Notes: generated by a model from the letters alone, not told the origin. Counted from the stretch's first letter, positions 26,008 through 37,616 are shown. The stretch: 64,000 bases of DNA from Octopus sinensis (GCF_006345805.1 NC_043000.1:34100001-34164000); one strand, 5' to 3'. Translations and numbers: made by a program.

Positions 26008-27310
26008 ATTATTGCCTTTGCACAGCTTCTAGCGCTGGAGATGTATTACAGTGTCAGCTGTTCACTACCAGTGAACTAAGGCAACACCTCTTATTTTTCG
26101 AGCACCTTCCGGAGTATTCAAGCGGTTCCAAGCAGTGCTGTTTTCTGCAAGTGATCCACCCTTATTACAGCCCCTATTTGTTTTACATACTTCTCGAGAT
26201 TTTTGCTCACTGTTCCCAGGGCTCCGACAATTATTGGTACTACTGCTACTTTTTCATCGACCACAACTGCTTAAGTTCCCAAGCTAACCTGTCATATATC
26301 TCAACTTTTCTTTCTTCCTTATCGCATACCTTGTTGTCAGCTGGGCATGCTATATCTACGATCCAGCATCGTTTGTTTCTTTCTCAATTAACACTATGTC
26401 TGGTTGCCTATTCTCTATCTCATGGTCGCAATGAATCATAAAATCCTATAGGATCTTTGCATTTCTATTTTCGACGATGCCTTCGGGTTTGTGGTCGTAC
26501 CAATTGTTTGCTCTGTCAAGTCTATACTTCTTGCAAAGTGTCCAATGGACAAGTCTGGCTATATTGTCGTGGCGTCTCTTATATCCCTTCTGGGCTAGTG
26601 AAGTACATTGGCTGGTAGTATGCCATACGGTTTCACCGTTTTGTCCACAGATTCTGCACTTATCGCTTTCTGCTGTGTTGTTTATTCTGTATTTTATGTA
26701 GTTTGTTCTTAGTGCTTGCTCTCGGGCAACACAGATTAGAGCCTCCGATTCCGGGTTTAAATCACTTTTAGTCATCCCTAGCCATCTTTTTCCTCAGTCT
26801 GTCTTATCTTCAACATCCCTATGAAATTGACTATGCATTTTTTCTTTACCCATCTATTTTCAGTTTCATTCGTTTTCAATTTCTTGTATAGTGCTTTATC
26901 TTTGCAATCTTTCATCCTTAACAAGCCTGACCTTCCTACTTCTAATAATAACGGTTCTGTGACATTTTTTACATACCATGCTATGTTGTTTTCTTCTGCT
27001 CTAATGCTTAGTTCGTATCCAATAAGTACTCTTCTCCCTCTTTTCTTGGTACATACAGTCTGTCTGCGTCTCTTTTTGAGTGGAGTGACCCATATCTAGT
27101 TAGCAACTCACCTTGTCTTTTGGTCTAAGCTATTTAGTTCGTCTACTGTCTATGCGATTACCCCTGCTCCATATCTAAGGGGTCAAACTGCCCAGGTGTT
27201 GATAGCTTCGATCTTATTCCCTCCATTTAATTTTGACTTAAGGATCAGAGTATCAGCCTCAGTCTGCGCAAGTACTCTACCTTAAATTTTTTCTGTCATT
27301 TTTTTTCTCC
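26008..27310 (-). mobile_element. R4/Dong element copy C: 5'-truncated, CCHC finger plus REL endonuclease and 3' UTR
   Basis: CRICGQNGETVWHTTSQC...RRHDNIARLVHW, then RQPDIVLI...IVDIACPAD...VPIIVGALGTV. Bounded by (TAA)n at 27312-27441 and (TGA)n at 25985-26008. Confidence 0.9.
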
Positions 27311-27329
27311 TATTATTATTATTTTTATA

Positions 27330-27417
<88 letters not shown>

Positions 27418-27442
27418 TATTATTATTATTATTATTATTATT

Positions 27443-27531
27443 GATATAGCTCAGTCGGTAGAGCATCAGACTTTTATAGGTCAACCTGAGAAGTAATCTG
27501 AGGGTCGTGGGTTCGAGTGCCTCTGCGGGCG
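27443..27531 (+). pseudogene. tRNA-Lys(UUU)-derived sequence with a 19-nt intron at the canonical 37/38 position; 5' acceptor strand missing, T-stem mismatched
   Basis: tagctcagtcggtagagcatcagactttta[taggtcaacctgagaagta]atctgagggtc...ttcgag...cgggcg aligns to canonical tRNA-Lys(UUU). Followed by ttttt and a SINE-type tail. Confidence 0.8.
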
Positions 27532-27629
27532 TATGATCTTTTTCTAATGGCGGTACCCCAGCATGGCCACAGCTCGTGAGCTGAAACTAGATGAAATGAA
27601 AAAATGAAATGAAATAAACCTTAACTTAC

Positions 27630-27699
27630 TTGATGTCATCTATATATTCTGTTGCAAGAATCTGCCACAAAGGCATATTTGTAGTTATTCCATCTTTCC
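27630..27699 (-). CDS. Internal coding exon of host gene (GKDGITTNMPLWQILATEYIDDIK)
   Basis: Acceptor cttttatttcctcag, donor AA|gtaagt, 70 nt, the only open frame is phase 1 to 2. Confidence 0.8.
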
Positions 27700-27769
27700 T
27701 GAGGAAATAAAAGATAAAAGTCCATTATAATATGAAACACCACCATAATTAGATAACACATTACAATAT

Positions 27770-28015
27770 TGTGTAGCGAAAGGCACATCATATAATATCA
27801 TGTAATCAGGGGCATATCATATCGTGTAGTGAAGTGCATATCATCGTATTCTGTAGTGAAGGGCATAACATATCATATCGTGTAGTGAAGTGCATATCAA
27901 CATATTCGGAAGTGAAGGGCATATCATATCATACTGTGTAGTGAAGGGCATATCGTGTCATATTGTGTAGTGAAAGGCATATCATATGTCATATCATATC
28001 ATAGTGTGTAGCGAA
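27770..28015. repeat. Degenerate minisatellite (atatcatatcgtgtagtgaagggc-like units)
   Basis: Repeated gtgtagtgaag(g/t)gcatatcat with variable spacer. Confidence 0.85.
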
Positions 28016-28454
28016 GGACAAAGACAACTGTTATAATTGAATAGCAATGTGTTTGCGTAAAACAATTGGTGAAACAAGAACCTGTTGAAATTCTAACCCA
28101 AGTTCTTGAGCAATGACTCTGGTATAACTGGTAGTTACGTAATCAATTTTTGCATCCTGTGTTACGGTTTAATCATAATATTTATTAAAGTAATTCTACT
28201 TAAATTTACGAGATAAACCGTCATTAAATGCAGAAGAGTGGATGTAAGGTTCAAAGAAGTGACTAATCGATATTCTAGCACCTGCTTGGAGGGGTATGTG
28301 GGATTGTAGGGGTGGCAGATGAAATGCAAAGTTAGTGTAATCGGAATTCGGAATTTAAAGAGATGCTGAGAAAATAGACACGGATGAAAAGCAAATGCCA
28401 GGACATTTTGCCGGTGTTTCGCTTTAATGATAATAATAATAATCCTTTCTATTA

Positions 28455-28580
28455 CAGGAAAAGGCCTCAAATATAGTGGGAAAGGACTAGTAGATTACAT
28501 TGACCCCAGTAATCCACTGGCACTTAATTTATCGACTCCGAAAAGGTCGAAAGGCAAAGTCAACCTCGGCGGAATTTGAA
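28455..28580 (-). mobile_element. Meta-like SINE fragment
   Basis: aaggcaaagtcaacctcggcggaatttgaac and taatttatcgactccg motifs. Confidence 0.7.
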
Positions 28581-28633
28581 CATATGAATGGGTCGCTGTT
28601 CCCGCTGACGAAAATGTTGAAATCACCGAGTGA

Positions 28634-28860
28634 GTGAAAGAACAAAAACACCAGGACTTGGCGAACCAGGTACGAATATTTCATCAAAAAACAGTCAAAA
28701 TGGTCCTTTTTGTTGTCAGTGCACTCAGAATAATTTCAAAGAATTTAGATGCAATACCTGAGATCATAGACATACCAGATATGCATATTAGAGACTTCAC
28801 AAATGGCTGCGGTGCTTGGAACGGCTCAGAAGCAGAGGTATTATTACACATAACCCGACC
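28634..28860 (+). mobile_element. Old R4/Dong REL C-terminal fragment
   Basis: KEQKHQDLANQVRIFHQKTVKMVLFVVSALRIISKNL resembles EKxxKYQDLAxEVxxxWxxKVKVVPxVIGALGxIxKNL. Confidence 0.55.
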
Positions 28861-30049
28861 GTGAAAGAGCTTTGTGTTGGAAAACAACAACGTCGAAATT
28901 ATCAATCACATTTTCAGAAGCAAATAATAGGGTTTTCATATACAAGAAAAGACATTTGTGTGTGTACTAAGCAGTTTTCTACCGTGTGTCCTAACTATGG
29001 CAGCTGCGAAGTTTTAAGTAGAACAATAGCTCACCATAATATCATATCCGTTAAAGATAGAATGGTATTTATCTTAGGAATACTAGGAAATATTTATAAG
29101 TTTTAGAAATACCCCGCCAATGTTGGAACGGTCATTTAAGTTACATCATGTTTTTACATTCTCAGATAGTGTGCACTGAGAATGTCATTGAAGGGATAGG
29201 CATCGCTGTTAAAGAGGACCGTCTTAGAGGATAAGCTGGATATCATCATCATCATTATCATCATCCAGTGTTTTAAATCCGGGTTTTGTCCCCATTAACG
29301 GGGTTAGCCGGATCTACCTTGATGCCATAGCAACTGAGGCAGGCAGGTGCAGCTCACCCCAACCTTTGGGCTGGCTGGTTGGCTGGTGCCCATTCTCTCT
29401 TGCTACTATGAGGCTTTTTGGAGCTGGATTTTTTTACGGGGAGCATACACCCAACCTCAGTTTCTGGACATGAATTGATCCGCGGACCAAAGCCTCTACC
29501 ACGATTTTTAAGAAATGTGGTGGAAAACTAGCTCAGGAAGGCAGCGACGCTCCGCCCTACCAATGAGATTACAAATACAATTAATAAACATTCTGGGGAT
29601 TATCGAGGGATGGTGGAAATTTATGTTACCAAGTTTATTATTGACACTGTATGCGCCTGGACAAAATCTTGTTTTACTTAACAAAATTTCTTATAATCCT
29701 ATTGATTCATAAACCCCAGCCTCCACGTACAAACCCAAGGCTACATTAAAAAGATATCTAGTCCTTTAATCACGTTTGATTTGTCAGATAATGAATGGTA
29801 AAGTCTTCCTAATATGCACAACAATATTAATGTTAGAATTACTTATCGCAATAAAACTTCAAACGAATTGTAAAGATTTTGCAATAAGAAATTTAAAGAC
29901 GCGACGCTCAAAGCATTTACATATCAAATTGCGGAAGTTTACAAAGGTATCACTTATCTCTCTCATCGAACACGCCGATAACTGAGGAACTGTTATTTCT
30001 CGGTGGAGGATAATACTTAATACTAAAAATAGTGAACTCTAAATTACAC

Positions 30050-30214
30050 TTATTTACATTATTTACATTTGACAGATATTTGTCCTCATCTTGTTTGTTG
30101 TTAACACAACGTTTCGGCTGATATACTCTCCAGCCTTCATCAGGTGTCTTGGGGCAATTTCGAACCTGGGCTCTCATTCCTATGGTATTTTTCGATGCTA
30201 TTATAATTATTATA

Positions 30215-30260
<46 letters not shown>

Positions 30261-30535
30261 TCACTGCCTGGAATCGAACTCGAAATCTTGGGATTAGTAG
30301 CCCGCACTCTTAACCACTACGCCATATGCCCGAATAATAATAATAATAATAATAATGATAATAATAATAATAATAATAACAACAACATCGAAAAATACCT
30401 TAGGAATGAGAATCTAAATTCGAAATTTCCCCAAGACACCTGATGAAGGCTGGAGGGTATATCAGCTGAAATGATGTGTTAACAAAAAACGAGATGAGGA
30501 CAAATATCCGTCAAACGTAAATAATGTAAATAATA
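30050..30535 (-). mobile_element. tRNA-headed element with hammerhead-containing PLE-type tail and an upstream inverted tail copy
   Basis: Minus strand: tRNA-like head 30332-30257 (ggcgtagtggttaagagtgcgggctactaatcccaagatttcgagttcgattcc), (AAT)n, then tail 30197-30050. An inverted tail copy lies at 30386-30535. Confidence 0.8.
30105..30146 (-). ncRNA. Minimal type-I hammerhead ribozyme motif
   Basis: cac-CTGATGA-a-ggctg(gagagtatat)cagcc-GAAAC-GTT-gtg: stem I cac/gtg, stem II ggctg/cagcc, palindromic aacgtt stem III. Confidence 0.75.
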
Positions 30536-31009
30536 TACATAATTCCTCATCTCTTAAATCTGGAACTGTATTAGTCTTATTTACTCTACCTATTTCACTT
30601 TTACAAGGATTTATTCCTTCGCATTTCACAATAAAATTACCAAACATTAACACTGCAATAATCGGCAAAGGAAACCTCACGCTCACAAGACACAGTCTTC
30701 GGCTCTTAATGTAAAGTACGCAAACTTTACAAAATGCACATTTTCCCCTTATAAACAAAAGCTCGCCAATACACACACACACAAACAAAATATACACACA
30801 AAACACACACGCACACACACACACAAAACACTCAGACGCACATCCACACACAAAAAACGCACATGCACACACAGAGAAAGCACTCAAAATACATACACGC
30901 ACACACACATACACACACTACACACCCACCCACGCAAACGCACACACACACAACACACCCACCCACGCAAACGCACAACACACAAAGATCTATTCTTCTT
31001 GCTACTTAC

Positions 31010-31102
31010 TTTGTTGGTATTGAATAATTTTCATTTGATTTCATGTTCAACATTTCATCCCAAGACTTTATCGACGATTCTCCAGAGTTCTGCCGAGTTC
31101 TG
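31010..31102 (-). CDS. Candidate coding exon (RTRQNSGESSIKSWDEMLNMKSNENYSIPT)
   Basis: Acceptor ttttatttcgtttgtag (NAGNAG), donor AA|gtaagt, 93 nt, the only open frame is phase 2 to 2. Not directly phase-compatible with the exon at 27699. Confidence 0.55.
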
Positions 31103-31344
31103 CTACAAACGAAATAAAAAAACAATTGTATTTTGGTTATCTGGTGGAGTGTGATGCTGAGGTATTAGAACTACCTGTGTTGTTATTGAGATATCGTCTT
31201 TTTTCGGGATGCCAGACAAAGCTAAAGAGATCGTCCCTTGGTGATAGACCTATCCCCAAAAGAGGGATCCCTGTCGCTTTTTAAAAATTTATTTTGGGGT
31301 GCTCATCATAATTTTGGCTTCGAATTCTGGCACAAGGCCAGCAA

Positions 31345-31510
31345 TTTCGGTGAAGGGCTACAGCGATTAACTGGTACTTTTTATATCGGACCCGAAAGAA
31401 TGAAAGGGAAAGTCGACCTCGGCTGCATTTGAACTCAGAGCGTAATGACGAACGCAATGCTGCTAAGCCTTTTGACCAGCGTGCTAACGATTCTGGCAAC
31501 TCGTCGCCTG
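31345..31510 (-). mobile_element. Meta-like SINE
   Basis: Reverse complement of ggcagaatcgttagcacg...gagttcaaatgcagccgaggtcgactttccctttcattctttcggg. Confidence 0.75.
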
Positions 31511-31668
31511 GGTATGGCGTTGTCGGCAGCAATGCGAATAAAGAAATATTCTTTGGATGGCCGTCAACTCTCCAGAGTTCATCCGTCCTTTGACAGGTTA
31601 TGTGTTTGCGTCCTGCAAGGTAACCAAATAGAATGAAAAATGCCCTCCTCCTCCTCCTCCTCCTCATC

Positions 31669-31758
<90 letters not shown>

Positions 31759-31759
31759 T

Positions 31760-32325
31760 TTGAGTGAGCGAGAGAGCAGTGCATGTCATCAAAATGACAC
31801 TGGAGTAAAATATACGAAGTCCAGTATACCCATTATGACTGCCCGTCTAATAAGGGTACACCAGGCACATGCATCACAACCATATGTGCACGACATGGTG
31901 ATCTCATATCAAGATAAACAACGCATGATCTTGCAGATGGGGCCCAGTTAGAATTTTCTTCAGGTCGAGTAGCCCATTCCGCTCAGAAGGTCTCTGAATA
32001 AGGGACGTTTAAGGATGGAGAATAAAACACCCATGCTTCCAGAGGTGAATTATTCAAACCCCAAAGAATCCCTCTCAACACATGGCTATGATGCTCCCCC
32101 ACTACTTCTGCTCATGATCAGAGATGCATATATCGTCAGCCACTAAGGGACATGGTCAACTGGTTCAGGTCAAACAACTGACAAGCAAATCTGTGGTATT
32201 AAGCAGACTATTTGCTGTAGCCCATCTTATATACCAAGACAAAACAATGTACATGATAACATTTCTAATCAGTTAAGATCAGAAGCCATGAGAGCCAGTG
32301 CCTGGCACTGCAACAGGGCATTATC
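31760..32325. mobile_element. Non-coding interspersed repeat flanked by TAA/TTA arrays
   Basis: Both ends recur at 18040-18172. No ORF. Lies between (TTA)n at 31652-31759 and tta repeats at 32327. Confidence 0.75.
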
Positions 32326-32336
32326 ATAATTATTAT

Positions 32337-32470
32337 TATTCAGTAGTTTTATTTTTATCCCATACTTTCACTTCACTACCGAGCAAAGCTCTGTGTGCCT
32401 TGGGTATTTGCTGTGGTTTGCTGTGATGCTTTTATGGTTACTGTATTGAAAGTGCTTTGCGTAGGATGTT
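32337..32470 (-). mobile_element. Isolated 3' UTR of a Dong-family element
   Basis: Diverged duplicate of 32560-32700, ending in ...aaaactactgaataataat on the minus strand. Confidence 0.75.
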
Positions 32471-32492
32471 ATCATCATCATCATCATCGTCG

Positions 32493-32538
<46 letters not shown>

Positions 32539-32559
32539 TATTATTATTATTATTATTAT

Positions 32560-32934
32560 TATTCAGTAGTTTTATTTTTATAGCGTGCTTTCACTTCACT
32601 ACCGAGCACAGCTCTGTGTGCCTTGGGTATGTGCTGTGATTTGTTGTGATGCTCTGATGGTTATTGTATGGAAAGTGTTCTGCGTAGGATGTGTGCAGTG
32701 CCTAGTAGTGCAATTTTCTGTATGTTATATGTGTTTGTAAGTCCTGGTGTTTTTGTTATGTATTTGTCAGAATATTTTTTATCATGCCTAATGCACCTAC
32801 TATGATAGGAATTGTTTCTGTTTTCAGATTCCACATTCTAGTTACCTCTATTTCCAGGTCTTTGTATTTTGAGAGTTTCTCCATTTCTTTTAGAGACACG
32901 TTGTCATCAGCCGGTATTGATACATCAATTAGAA

Positions 32935-32937
<3 letters not shown>
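32560..32937 (-). mobile_element. 5'-truncated R4/Dong element (REL end plus 3' UTR) in TAA array
   Basis: ILIDVSIPADDNVSLKEMEKLSKYKDLEIEVTRMWNLKTETIPIIVGALGMIK. (TAA)n on both sides. Confidence 0.9.
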
Positions 32938-32968
<31 letters not shown>

Positions 32969-33417
32969 GAGGGTGCCACTAAATTTCCAGATCGTCATAT
33001 AGGCAATAACCCGGAAATAAGAAAAAAGTTAGAGAAAAAAAGTTAATCTCTGAATTCAGAGCTAAATTCTGTTGTGTCTACATTGCTATTTCGATGTTGT
33101 AAATATATTATAGAAATAAATGGTCGACACACGGAGGGAAGCATTGAGTCGGCATTGTGAAGAATGCCTGATAAATGGTGGAGAAGGTAGAGGGGAGGGG
33201 AGAGGAGTGAAAGGGATGAATGCTGCAAGTTATAGAAAAATAAGCTGAAGAGTAAAGTATCGATGAAAATAGAGAAAGAAAAGTGGAGGGGGGAGAGAGA
33301 CAGGAAAAATAGATTAGGAAAGTAGAGAAAGTGGTTTATTGTTGTTTTGGTAGATAACCGAATTTCCTAAATATACATAGAGAAAAAAATTGTATAAATG
33401 GATAAATAAATAAATAA

Positions 33418-33464
<47 letters not shown>

Positions 33465-33571
33465 AATGATGATGATGATGATGATGATGATGATCGTGGT
33501 GGTGGTGGTGATGAGGATGATAAAATAATAATAATAACAACAATAATATATAATAATAATAATAATAATAA

Positions 33572-33602
<31 letters not shown>

Positions 33603-34185
33603 AAGAAGAAGAAGAAGAAGAAGAAGAAAAGAAGAAGAAGAAGAAGAAGAAGAAGAAGAAGAAGAAGATGAAGAAAAAGAACAACAACAACAACGACGAC
33701 AACGACGACGACGACGAGGGCTCAAAAATATGATAAACCGAAAAATTAGGAATATGTATTGGAAAAGGAAAAGGTGGAAGAATATCGGGGAAATATGCGA
33801 CGGTAAGAATAGGAAATAACACTGTGTTCATATGTGTGACTATAGCAAGAGAAAATAGTGTTCATTCCTCTTGTTACAGTCACACATATATACACCAAAG
33901 AATCTGTTTGGCAGGCTTAAGCAAAGAAAACTGTTGGTTTCTATAAACTAACCCTTGTGTTGCATTGGTCCGGTAGTGATGCTTTGACTGAGGAGGCATA
34001 GAACAAGGTCCAAACACACTGGTGTCTCAAAGCCCCCCTTAAACCGGTGAATCGCATTTCTTATGAACACACATCGTTTAAAGGGAATGATGGGGTGGGT
34101 TTCGATTATGGAGGACAACAGCGATTAGCATATTCATGCAGAACATGTTCAGGATGGGTATGTTCGAATTCTCGAACAATGAGAT

Positions 34186-34247
<62 letters not shown>

Positions 34248-34262
34248 ACATACATACAAACA

Positions 34263-34294
<32 letters not shown>

Positions 34295-34478
34295 ATACAC
34301 ATACATACACAACACACATACACACATACATATATATATATAGTTTACTTATTAAAAGTAATTTGGCCTTTAAAGATCAAGATACGTGCAATCACTGTGA
34401 AAGAGCACTAAAAGAATGTTTTACAATTTCATTTAATCAAAGTTAAGTAGAATCAATTTAGACATGAATTTTGCTGGA

Positions 34479-34910
34479 TAATTACTGGTACTTTTTGGTT
34501 ATCTCTCCCCCATTAAAAATTGAGTTATCTCCCCTTACTAAAAATTGTTTAACCCCCAGCAAAAGAAAAGAAATGAAAAAATTAATAAAAAAGGAAAGGC
34601 GGAACGATAAAACATTGTTTTGAATCTGATAATATTTTTATAATAAATCATACAAAACTGAAAGAAATGAATAAACACGAAAACTGAAAACATTAAATAT
34701 CATATTGAATCTGATAACATTTTCATAACAAATCCTGCCATTCCTATTGACGAGGCCAAACACCAAGACTGTGTTGAAGTATTGAATCAAAAGGATCTCT
34801 TTTTATCTCTTGTCGCCACATAAACTCGATTTTTTAGTGGGGAGATAACCTAGATTTTTTTAATGGCAATTTTTTAACGGGGGTGAGATAACCAAACAAT
34901 ACCGAATTAC
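34479..34910. mobile_element. MITE-like element with imperfect TIRs and sub-terminal gttatctcccc repeats
   Basis: taattactggtactttttggttatctctcccccattaaaaatt versus the reverse complement of the right end gtaattcggtattgtttggttatctcacccccgttaaaaaatt. Confidence 0.7.
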
Positions 34911-35643
34911 TATAGGTATATTTAACTATAATAATTAAAATTATGTGGACAACAAATAATATAATTTAAGAAAGAATGCCTATTCTATCCAAGTAGTTGT
35001 CCCTATATTGTTATTAGCTAGTGATTACCAACTAGTAATGCTACTATGCAGTCACTGGCTACCAACCACCAATTAGTAAGTGCGACTGTTAAACGCTAAT
35101 CAGATCTTAGTAGCGTCAGGATGGCCGGCGTCAGTGGAATATAAGCTGCCACCCACAGCGTGATGTATCTTCCCACCAATGCTAGGTTATATATTTCCCC
35201 GACACCGTGTTATATCTTGCAAACAGCATTAAGTTGTATTGTGTACACCAAAATTATTCAGCAACCAATTGAGACATTTAACTTTCAAATGGCTCAGTCC
35301 ATCTGGTCGTAAAAATGTACGGAGGATAAAAGAAACAAGCGGAAACTCATTGCAACAGATACAAAACCGTAAAGTTATGCATTAGATGTCAGTGTTGAGC
35401 GCAGTTGCTCTTCTGAGTATAACGCATAAAGGCTGTTGGCTGTTAGGATGGTTACTTGGTAACAGAATCAAAGATGGAGTCTATGACTGAAGAGATCCCT
35501 TTTGCTGGCCTTGGCACCAAGTGGTCCGACTTACATCAATTGGAAACTTAACATACCAGACAAGTGGTGATATATATACATGCAGCTATGCATGTGTATA
35601 TGCACGTGTATGTGTGGATGCGATCCTGTTTGTACATAAACAT

Positions 35644-35677
<34 letters not shown>

Positions 35678-35689
35678 TCTTTTATTCTT

Positions 35690-35914
35690 CCATTTGTTTC
35701 AGTCATTTGACTGCGGTCATGCTGGAGCATCGTCTTTAGTCGAACAAATCGACCCTAGGACTTATTCTTTGTAAGCTTAGTACTTTATCCTATCGGTATC
35801 TTTTGCCGAACCGCTAAGTTACTGGGAAGTAAACACATAAACATCAGTCATCAAGCGGTGGTGGGGGAACAAACACAGACACACGAGTATATACATATAC
35901 ACACAGACACACAG

Positions 35915-35948
<34 letters not shown>

Positions 35949-36090
35949 TCGACGGGCTTCTTTCAGTTTCCATCTACCAAAACCACTCACGAGGCTTTGG
36001 TCAGCCTAAGGCTACAGTAGAAGACACTTGCCCAAGATGCCATGTAGTGGAACTGAACCCGGAACCATGTCGTTGGAAAGCAAGCTTCTT
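35690..36090 (-). mobile_element. Near-complete CORE-like SINE
   Basis: Reverse complement of the 62487-62880 family including the tail gtttcagtcatttgactgcggtcatgctggag. Confidence 0.85.
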
Positions 36091-36879
36091 ACCACACGAC
36101 TCCAGGTTATCAGCATTACTCGAGTTCTTCACAGATTTCACATAAGGCACAAGCCTGCTCGATGAATTTCACGTTTTTCCGCTTTATTTCTCGCTCCAAA
36201 TGGCTTATTTGTTATACCTAGCATTATGTCTTTTTCAATTTGTAAGTCAAGGGTGAAAAATAAAGCAACCCTGCAAAACACAACTGATCTTTACACACAG
36301 ACGCGCAGAATAATAACAGCAATCAAATAACAACAGCGGAGTGCACAACAGCGATCTGACTGTCACCTGTTGTACTCTTGACAAGAGATGCCAGCTAGTC
36401 TTTTACACCTACCAGGCTCGTTTGTATTAGCCCGAGTTGATTGCACCTTAAATCCTAATCTCTGTAGAAATTTATTGTTTCAAGAAAAAATTGAATTTGA
36501 ATTACTTTTAAGCTTTACGATTATAGATAAACAACTGGGGCTGTAACTTTTGAGGCCGTGATTGGCGCGTGTGAGCTATGTCGAGAGAACGTCTGCTACG
36601 AATGATACTTTTTGACACAGGACACCTCTAAGACGACCGCCAGACGCTGAATGAAAATAAATGAACTGCGACCCCAGGCTCAGTAAAAGAGCCCGAGTTA
36701 TTGGCTGCAATTACATACTTGAAGTCAGTGCTGGCAGAAATTAAATCAGTTTACAAATACACGTTCACTTTACTAAATTTATACTCGGGTTAAGCCCCAA
36801 AAGCCCGAGTTCCGGAGTCGCCACTGATATATATATATATAAAAGGAAATGAAGAAAATGCTGACAAATAATTGAAGTA

Positions 36880-37114
36880 ATTTAATTAGGTGAAAGTTCT
36901 TTTTACCGGTTGCGCATTTGTTATGCTTATCAATATATATATATATATATATTACTCTCAAATGCATAGTAACACTGAATAACATAAAACATCCTGATAT
37001 TGCAGAAAAATTTGTTAGCATCCAGCCTTGAGACTCGAACTCACATCCCTGTGATTACCGGTTACAGTGCTTTACCTTTAAGCTAAACTGCCTACTAACA
37101 AATTCTTCTGCAAT
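36880..37114 (-). mobile_element. tRNA-Thr-like head (GGT loop) inside 20-bp inverted repeats, followed by a decayed hammerhead motif
   Basis: Head 37092-37021 ggcagtttagcttaaaggtaaagcactgtaaccggtaatcacagggatgtgagttcgagtctc. IRs at 36999-37018 and 37095-37114. Downstream ttgataa-gcat-aacaa-atgc-gcaaccggta at 36933-36904. Confidence 0.65.
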
Positions 37115-37212
37115 TTTTGAACTTATAAACATAGCTTTTTTATAGACGCTATATGCAAAATTACGATGTATGTAAACAAAGCTTGCTTTTTTTAGAAGCG
37201 TTGACATGTGTT

Positions 37213-37214
<2 letters not shown>

Positions 37215-37305
<91 letters not shown>

Positions 37306-37616
37306 CGTGTGTGTGTATGTGTATATATATGTGTGTATATGTATGTATGTCTGTATGTATGTATATATATATATATATATATATTAATAATAATAATATT
37401 AGGGAATAAATCCAAACTTACAGGGAAAAATTAGATTTAGGATTAAATCCAATTTTATAGTATAAATATATTATATTATATTATATTATATAGAGATAAA
37501 ACGACTATTAGGCAAATCAAACAGTGAAAAACATAAGCCAATACATAAATTTAATTTAAAAATATAAAAGTTAAAAATTAAAAATTATTTAAATAAATTA
37601 AACTTATAAATTTTAA

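Noticed and set aside
27443-37092. Functional tRNA genes at 27443, 30257 and 37021
   Set aside because: Acceptor or T stems are broken or missing, and each is joined to a retroelement-type tail.
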